In this document: positions 45,401-54,400 of the stretch, in pieces
Layout of the letters: each line of letters starts with the position of its first letter
Numbering within the stretch: position 1 is the first letter of the stretch
Origin: an uncultured virus (IMG/VR IMGVR_UViG_3300025617_000008)
Lineage: Duplodnaviria; Heunggongvirae; Uroviricota; Caudoviricetes
Virus record (IMG/VR): IMGVR_UViG_3300025617_000008
Strand: one strand, 5' to 3'
Length of the DNA stretch: 64,000 bases
Translations under genes and position numbers: made by a program
Notes under the pieces: model-generated
What the model saw: only the letters and a program-made list of their open reading frames with translations
Database searches by the model: none
What the model was told of the DNA's origin: nothing

Positions 45401-48400
45401 TTTCTGTTTCAATAAATTTCTCAGTATCACTAAACGCCTTAAATGTTGGAGTTTTGCTATATCTGTCAAACTTAATTTTACTATTAAACATTCTAGCTTT
45501 ACTATTGCCGATTGTAGCAACAGCACTAGCACTAAATTGTGTTTGTGTACCGACTCCGCCTACAAGTTCAATAGTAGGAGTGCTTGTATATCCACTACCG
45601 CCATCAAGTAAAACAATTTTAGTAACTTTTCTATTTGAAACGTAAGCTCTAGCTTTTGCTCCAGAGCCGCCACCGCCATTAAATATTACTTGTGGTGGAG
45701 TTGAATATGTGCTACCACTATCAGTCAATGTAATAGCAGTAACTTCATATGTGTAATTGTTAAACCAATTATTCCACGGTTGTAAATCAACTTCTGAATC
45801 ACCTAATTTAACAGGATTAATTGTATTAGTAACAACATCATATTTTGGAGGTAAATCAAAATCAGACACAGTAGTATTTGTGTTATCAAGATTTAGATAC
45901 CTACTGGTATAATTTCTAATCTTTGTTCTATATGGTTTAACTTCTTCAATATATTTTTGATAAGCAGACAAGTTATCATTACGGAAATTTAATTTTTGTT
46001 CTAAGTTTCCTACATTGTGGATAGCATTTAAGAAACTTGTTTTAAATACCCAGTCCACATATAACTGTTCGCTTAATACATAATGAATATTTACAAAGAA
46101 CAGTTTATTCCAATATCCGTCAAGTTCGTCAACAAATACATTATATTTTACAGCATTTAAAATGTTTCTAAATTCTTTAGATGCACTTGTATCATACCTA
46201 TTACTATCGTATGTTTGTGTTTTGTCATAACCTACAGATTCTGTTTCTGTATTATAAAACTTGTTAATAATTTGTATAGTTCCGTTGTTTCTTCCTACAA
46301 GTCTATATTTGTTAACAATAGTAGCTGAACTATCAGAAACACGTTCTAATACTGCCCATCCACCAGAGCCATAATCATCAAGTCTTAATAACTCTCCGTC
46401 ATTAAGTGTAACTTCAGGTTCTGCGTATAAACCAGGCAATGATTGACTAATTCTTGATTCTTCTGAATAACCAATCTCCCACCAGTCTACTGTTTCCCAA
46501 TACTTAGTTGTATCAAATTCCTGTGTTGCTGTTCTATAGAACTGTTGTTCTCTAACGCTCCAAGCATAGATACTCCAGAAACCATTAACTGTACTATCAC
46601 TTTCAACTAGAACGCTGTAAGGTCTAACAATTGGTGTAGCATTTAAATATTTTTTACCTTGATTTGTAACAGTTACGCTGGTAATTCTACCAAAACTATC
46701 AATAGTTGCTTCGGCAGTTGCGCCTTCTCCATCACCTGTAATTGTAATTAACGGCGCTCTTTTATAACCAAAACCACTTTTTACAATTTCAATAGTATTA
46801 ATATGACCGTTAATAATATTAGCAATCAGTGTTGCTTCCTGAATATTAGCTGTTGTTTGAAATACTAATTCTGCTTCAGTATCAATTGTAACATCATAAA
46901 GATTTTTTACAGAACTTGGTTTTTCGTCAATTAAGTTTAGATATTCATAATCAATTTCATCGGCCAACGGAAGTGTAGCAAGAGCATCGTTAATAAATGT
47001 AATAGTTTGTTCTACTGCTACATTTCTATTAACAAAAATAGTCTGTCTTGGACGACTAGCAATTCCGTACTTGTTTTTGTCTGAGAGAGCAGGATCTGGA
47101 ATTTGATTTCCTAGTATATCACTTCCGACTAAACTGTCAATCCATTTTCTTTCTAGATCTTCGTTTGGATCATTTTTGCTTGATTCTGTTGCTAACAAAT
47201 ATTCATTGTGAATTAAATTTAAATTATCATCTGTTTTATAATATTGTATGTTAACGCTAAATTCATCTGAACTTAACAGTGTTTTAAGATTACTAATTGT
47301 AATTTTATCCTTGTCAACAATATAAGCAAACGGTACACCAGCATTCTGTGGATTTTCAATATAATCAGAAACTTGTGATGCCGCTAATGTTTTATCACTA
47401 TTAGCTTCTTGATCAAACTTGTCTTTAACCCAGAAATAATATTTTGTACTAGATATATTTCCTGTTATTGGATTTATATTTTGCTTGACACTATAAACAG
47501 TATCATCGTAAAGAGGAGTTCCTGTTATACTAGGATCATCTTTATTTGTTTTCTGAGCATAGTTACTTGGTGTTAATGTTGATTCTACCCACTGATAAAC
47601 ATCAATAGAGCTTCCTTGGGCATAACTGTTCCAATTGCCATTTCTAAATACAACATCGCCTTGTTCATAAACAAGATATTTTACTTTAGAAGTATCCCAC
47701 CAAATTTGGCCTACTTGTTTTTCGCCCCAGTGTTGGCCTTCATCTTGAGTTGTAAATTCTTCGTTCTCAGACTTACTATAAACAGCAGGATCAAAAGGTG
47801 TTTTATAATCAATATTTTGTTCTACTATTCCTAACAATTTGCCTTTGTAATAATCAATTACATCAATATCAGCAATTTTTGTATAGATATCTTTTTCGTA
47901 TGCCGCTAAGTTTTTAAGTTTAGAAATATCAACTTGAGGAAGTTGTGTTCTAATCGCTTCCCAAGGTTTAACATTTTCTTGCTTTTCAAACTTTTGAATT
48001 CTTCCAATAACAACTTCAGTAAACGCAGGATCAGTCGAAAGATACTTAGGTGAACCTACAATAATAGTGTTATTACTTGTTGCTAGTGATCTACCAAAAT
48101 CTTCATTGTTATTAAGCCCATCTTCAAATACTTCACCTAGTACCCACTTTCCTCCGTATTCATTGAATACAAATACTTTACCTGTAGTGCCCAACGGATC
48201 AGCAAATGTAGTTGTGTATCTGTCAAACTTAGTTTGATCAATATCAAATGTTGCTACATCAAATGTTTGAGCACCTTCAGCGGAAACTGCTAATGTTTTT
48301 CCGTCTGGAGAAATACTAAGATTCGAGCCGAAGCGTTCATCATAGTCATTTGTATTTGATTGTAGCTTTTGCTTAAACACATAACTATTTCCACTCCAAG

Positions 48401-51400
48401 CAAATACAAAAACCGATCCCTGATCTTTTTCGTTTTTGTCAGCGTTTGGAGCGCCAATAAACAATGTTTGTGCATCATTAGAAATTATAACATTTTCACC
48501 AAATCTATCACCTGGGTTTAAAGACGGAATAGAAGTTTTATTAATTTCTTGTATAAAGTTAAACACTTTATTTTCATTTTTCTTGTAGACAAATACGACA
48601 CCAGTTTTTGGATTACTGGTATTTTGTATCTTAACCCATTTGTTATCAATTTCAGGAGCATCGTCGATACTTGTTAAACTAGAATCGCTATCAAGCTCGT
48701 AGTATTCGTCGTTTCTTCTTACAATATCACCTTGGATGTACGTTTCGGTAGTTCTCCATACTCCTCTGTAGTTTTCAAAGTTGTTTGTATCAGCATAAGG
48801 AGCCGAAGATATTAATATATTTCCGTCTTGGCTCATTGCTGTACTTGTTCCAAACTTATCGCCAATATCTAAATTTTCAATTTCATCGTCAAAGGTTCCT
48901 TGCTCAAGCGATGACCCGTCGTTGATATAAGCATTAATGTTTGGAAGAATATTTTTGTTAATAGTATTTGTTGCTTCCCACACACCGCTAGTTGCCGGAG
49001 TTGTTACTCCATCGGATGTAAAGAATGAAGTTGCTTTGTAGTAGGAATTTTCAAACCAAACAATGCTGTTTTCAACATAACTTCTGTTAATGTTGAAAAT
49101 TCCTACAAATTCTTTATCTTGTAAAAATGTCCACTTCGTGCCATTAAATTGATATAGATAAACTCTACCTCTATTGTCTCTACTACCCGGAGCTGATATT
49201 GACATAAAGTAACTTTCATCTGTTGCTCCAAGATCAGTACCAAGAATTTTAATTTGATCGCCGACGACATATCCCGATCCTGCTACACTAATAGTAGCAC
49301 TATACGCACCGTCTTTTCTTTCAACATCAAAAATTGCTCCAGTGCCAGGATTAGAAACATCCTCTGGAGAAACATCTAAGAACGTGCCACTTCCAGGACC
49401 TGGAATACCAGCATATTCAATACCTAGTGCCGCTGTACCTGTGTAACTAAAGTTTTGTATGTTACCTTCACGCTTTGTTGGGTAAGGACCAACTTGTCCA
49501 TCATCACCAACTTGATTCAATCTAATAGTAATATCGTTTACTGGAGATTTACCGCCAACTAAATTACCAGGTATAACAATAATTGTTCCAGAAGTGTACT
49601 TAATTAAGTTGCCGCTATTGTCTTTTTCGTCCCACGCAACCCAGTTACCTGTTCCGTATGTTGGCGAAGTTGGATTAGCATCGTACTGAACATTAAACGG
49701 AAAGCCTGATACTCTTTCCCAATAATCTGGTGATGTGTTAGGGAATAATGTTTGATAAGCTGAATACGCTGTTCCATCTGTACCAGGTATTACATTTGTA
49801 ACAGTCTTTAATACATTCCAATACTGTGAACTGTTAGCAGGATATTTTATAACATCTCCTTTGTCGTATGTATCTGTAGCCGACCATACTCCTTTATCAA
49901 TCCCTGTATCTTTAATACAAGCATAAAAGAATCCGGCATATTGAACAATGCTACGTGATTTATAGCCGTCGCCGTCTTGTACCGGTACAGCAGGACTTAC
50001 AGTAGTATCTTGTCTCAGTCTTACATTATAAACATCTTTATTTTTAGTAACTGTAAATAGAGCCAGTTCTGATACCGAGCCGCTTACAAGTCCAGTGATG
50101 TTATTAAACGTGTCTGCTCCTAAAATTGTGCCATTTTCGTCAACTTGTTTTACTTCAATAATAATATCGTTATTTGAAGTTCCTGTTGCTGGTTGGCCAC
50201 CAACCCTAGTACCTTGAATATATAACTTATCTCCTACAGCATATCCTGTACCGCCTGATCTTACTTCAATGTCATAGTTAGGTGTTCCTGAAGATCTTGT
50301 TACATCAAATGTAGCATTTTGACCATCACTGCTTATATCAAAGCCACTTACATTTTCAAATACTTCATCGTTTAAACCACTTGCTCCGGCGGCTTTTACA
50401 GACACAATGCCTCCGGCGTTATCAATTTCATTTACAGTTAATGTTACATCGCCGCTTGTGCCTTCAATGCCTTCAAGTTTACCAATAGTGATAGAAGAAC
50501 CAAAAAGTTCTCCGTGACCTTGTCTAGGACTTACTAAACTATTTTTAAGACTCCATTGACCATTTGAATATTCGTAAATATCAACTGCGCCTTGTTTTGT
50601 ATACCCCTTATTTGCTAAAAATAATTCTGCTCCAAGTGGGTTTGCTTCTAGCAATTCCACAGGTTGCCAATCTTCGCTTCCTAAGTCAATCGAGCTTCCA
50701 TCGCCGAAAATTCTTTTAGTTGCTTTGTATAGCTTTCCAGCGTATAATACTGTGTCGCCTGGTTCGTAATCTGCTGTTGGGTTAAATTGTTCTTGATAGT
50801 TACTAGGAACTTTACTTGCTTTAGGCGAACCTACAACTAGCCATCTTCCATCGTCACTAACAGTTAGAACTTCGGCATAAGATCCAAGATAAGATGGTTG
50901 AAGTCCATTTTTAGGTGTTAAAATCTGTAAAGGAATAAGTCCTGTTTCTCCATCGGAATAAACAATAACAGCCGAATCTCTAACTACATCACCGCCTTTA
51001 ACTGCGGCTCCCGGGTTACCAACAATAGTTTGATTAAGTTGAGGAGCAAATGTTACAGCACTACCTGTTCCGGTTGGAAACGCAATACCGTATTCTGAAA
51101 TTTGTGTTACGCTATACTGCTTATTTCTTTGAACAACTTCCCAGCCATTTGTTTCTTCGTTGTTATCAACAAATACTTTTGATCCTACTGGAAGTTTAGC
51201 AAAGCCTTTGTCTACTAACTCTGAATAAGACGCTACCCTAACACTTTCAAAGTAACTTACATAGCTAAATGTGCTCTCATCAATACTAGGTGCTTCTTTA
51301 AAACCGGCAATAGCAATAATAATTTTTTTAGGTTCAACTGCGGCAATTTGATAAAACCCAGTTAACCCGCTAATATTATTAATACCGACAATTTGGCCTA

Positions 51401-54400
51401 CTTTAAAATTATGTACTTTATTGGTTATTAATTCAATTCTGTCAACATCTGGAGTTTCAAGGTTGTAAATTAAAACATTACTAATAACATATCTATAAAC
51501 ATTCCAAGAACCAGGCTCAAATGTCGTCCACACATTATCGTTATTTTTTATATCTTCTATCGAAACAGTATTATCTAGGAAATCAGTTAGATCATTTTTA
51601 ATCCATTCAACGTCACTGTTAAAGATATATCCTGCTGAATTTTCAGCAACTGGATATACTTTTTGCGGTAAGCTAAAACTGGTATTGTTAAGTTGGTAAT
51701 CAGAATCATTTAACAAAATATAATTTTGATATTCATCTGAGTTAACTGTTGTACCATTAAACAAAATTGGTTGCGGATTAAGTTTAAAACTGTTGGCTTG
51801 TAAATCAAACTCTGCTTCGTCAATTTGATCTGTTCCGCCGACAGATCCCATTCTGAATGCCCATTCTTCGTCTAATACAATCTTGTCATCATCAACTGTG
51901 CTTACTTTATCAAACACTTTCTTGATAGCGTTGTTTGTGCCTTTTTCTCTACTAAACCCTTGGAATAGTTTAAATTGTGCTACATCATCTTCAGCAATTT
52001 CTTGTAGGTAATCTCTTTGTTGAAAACCAACAGTATGCTTTGCTAATGTTTTTTGTGTAGAATTTATTCCGTCAACTGATAATTCATAATAATCTTCAAT
52101 TTGATTAACTCTGAAGTCAAAGTTAGGAACCAATCCACTAGTTGGATTACTATCAAGTATAGACCAGTTTTCTTCCTTAAACGTTTCTTCGCCTTTTTGG
52201 AATACTTTACTTACATAATTGTACTGTTTGTATTGTACAATATCTCCAAGTTTATAATCTTGATACTGTTTCCACGATTGGATATTAACGTTATCAAATA
52301 TAAATCCAGGACTTGTATAATCGCCGTCCCAGTCAACAGTCCTAAACCCTTTACTCTTAATTCTCTCTTGTCTGTATCCAGGACCTTTATCAAATATTAC
52401 ATCATTGAAAACTGTCTTATCATCAAAGATAGTTACGTGTTCTTTTTGAACATAATTAATTTCAGCGAAATAAATGCCTTCGTTATTTTCTTCTGGAGAT
52501 ATTAATAATTCATTTTCGCCTCTAAAAATATCAATATCTTCAGCATCAATTTTTGTACCATCGGCTCTTAAAATATTATAATCATAAAAACTATCTAAAA
52601 TATTATCTGCTACAGAGCCAATGTTTTGAAATTTAAGTAATGTGGCTCCCGGGCTTAATGAAAGTATACTGCCTTCTGCCCAGTTATGTGTTGTCCAGAA
52701 TAAAAATTCTTTAACTGCTGTTTCCCAGTTTTGTACTACTCCTAAATCTTTGTTAAAGACATCAAATACCATGCCCTCATTTTCTAAGAATTTTCCGTAC
52801 CCTAGTAAGAAATCTACAACACTTTGTACTGTTTCAATTACTGTATCATAATTAAATGTAACTGCTGTTGTTTTATCAAACCTAGATCGTTTAATTGCCT
52901 TGGCGCCGCCAACTGTTGGTACGTTTTCTATTGATTTCCACTTACTCGAATCAAACGTAGATTCTGCTTCGTGTGCTAAAATTGATCTATAAAATTTATT
53001 TTGATATTTGATTAAGGTTCCTTTAATATAAAAAGAACCAGGATTCCATTCTACAAATGCTTCACTAACTCCGCCAACATCTAATACAGGATCATTTTGT
53101 TGAGAAAAGAAATTATAATATTTGAAAATAGCATTTAGTTGATCGTATCCACTAATTCTGAATCCGCCATTTACTTTTTCAATTAGCACTCCGCTATATC
53201 TTGTTGTAAACTGAGGTGAACTAGTGTTAAAGAAAACTTGATAGTTTTCCTTAGGAAGAAATACACCTGTTTGTGTACTTTGTGGATTTTTACTATCTAA
53301 AAGATATTGCTGTTGTTCTTTATCAATAAATCCTTTGATTCTAGTGCTTAACTTAATATCAAGGTTACTATACAAGTTATACAAATTTTCTTTTGTCTTG
53401 GCGTTAGACTTTAGATAGTTAATAACAAATGCCAATAAACCATCTGGTCTAGTATTACTAGCAAGACTACTAATAATATCTGAATTATTAATAAACGTAT
53501 CGGTATTTTTGCTAACAAACTGATTTACTTTATTTTTCTTAATAAATGTTCTATCAAGATTGATACTAATAGTTTCAAAAGGTCTAAGTAAACAAGCGGC
53601 AATAATTAATGAGTAAGGGTAAACACTACTACGTCTCCATGCGTGTTCACTAGGTGAAATGTCACCAAATTTAAATTTATCTTGATAGTCTGTGCTAAAG
53701 TCGATAAACACATCGCTTGCTAACGGAGATAACAGTCCACCGTCGGCGTCAACAGGCAAGTAATCTAAAAGTTGCTCTCTTTTATACCTAGCATAAGTTC
53801 CTTTTCTTTCACCATCTTTAATAATACCGTCACGTAGATCTTCCCAAAGTATTAAGTTATTTGATGTATATGGTGCGGCACCGTATTCGTCTTCCCACCA
53901 ATCTGGCTTTGACGTAAATCCTAGCATTTCCCATGGAGTTAGATGCGGTGTGTTAGTATCAAACAAATATTGATAAACGCCTCTCCAAAATCTTGGCATC
54001 TGTTGTTCACGCTTAACATCTAATGTTTTATTAAATGTCCATGTAAACTGATTATCAGCATCGTAGTATAAATTTTCGTATAAATCAATGCCTTTAATTA
54101 AGGGCCATCTTAAAAATTCTAATTCTAAAATATTATCAACTTGTTCTTTTGTAAATACTCCGCTATTATCATAACCGCCAAACAAGTTATCAATGTCTAA
54201 TATATCTGTGTTGTATTTTTGTTTGATATTATTATAGATTCTTTTTTCAAATTCTAATAATAAATCATCTCTGAAGTCGCCATAAGCAATAGTAATACTT
54301 CCATCATGGCCTCTAATAACTTTCTTAGGTCTAGCAAAAGAAGTATCAGTATAAATTTCTGGAATCCAAGACTTGTATAATCCTAAACTAGATGGTGTTT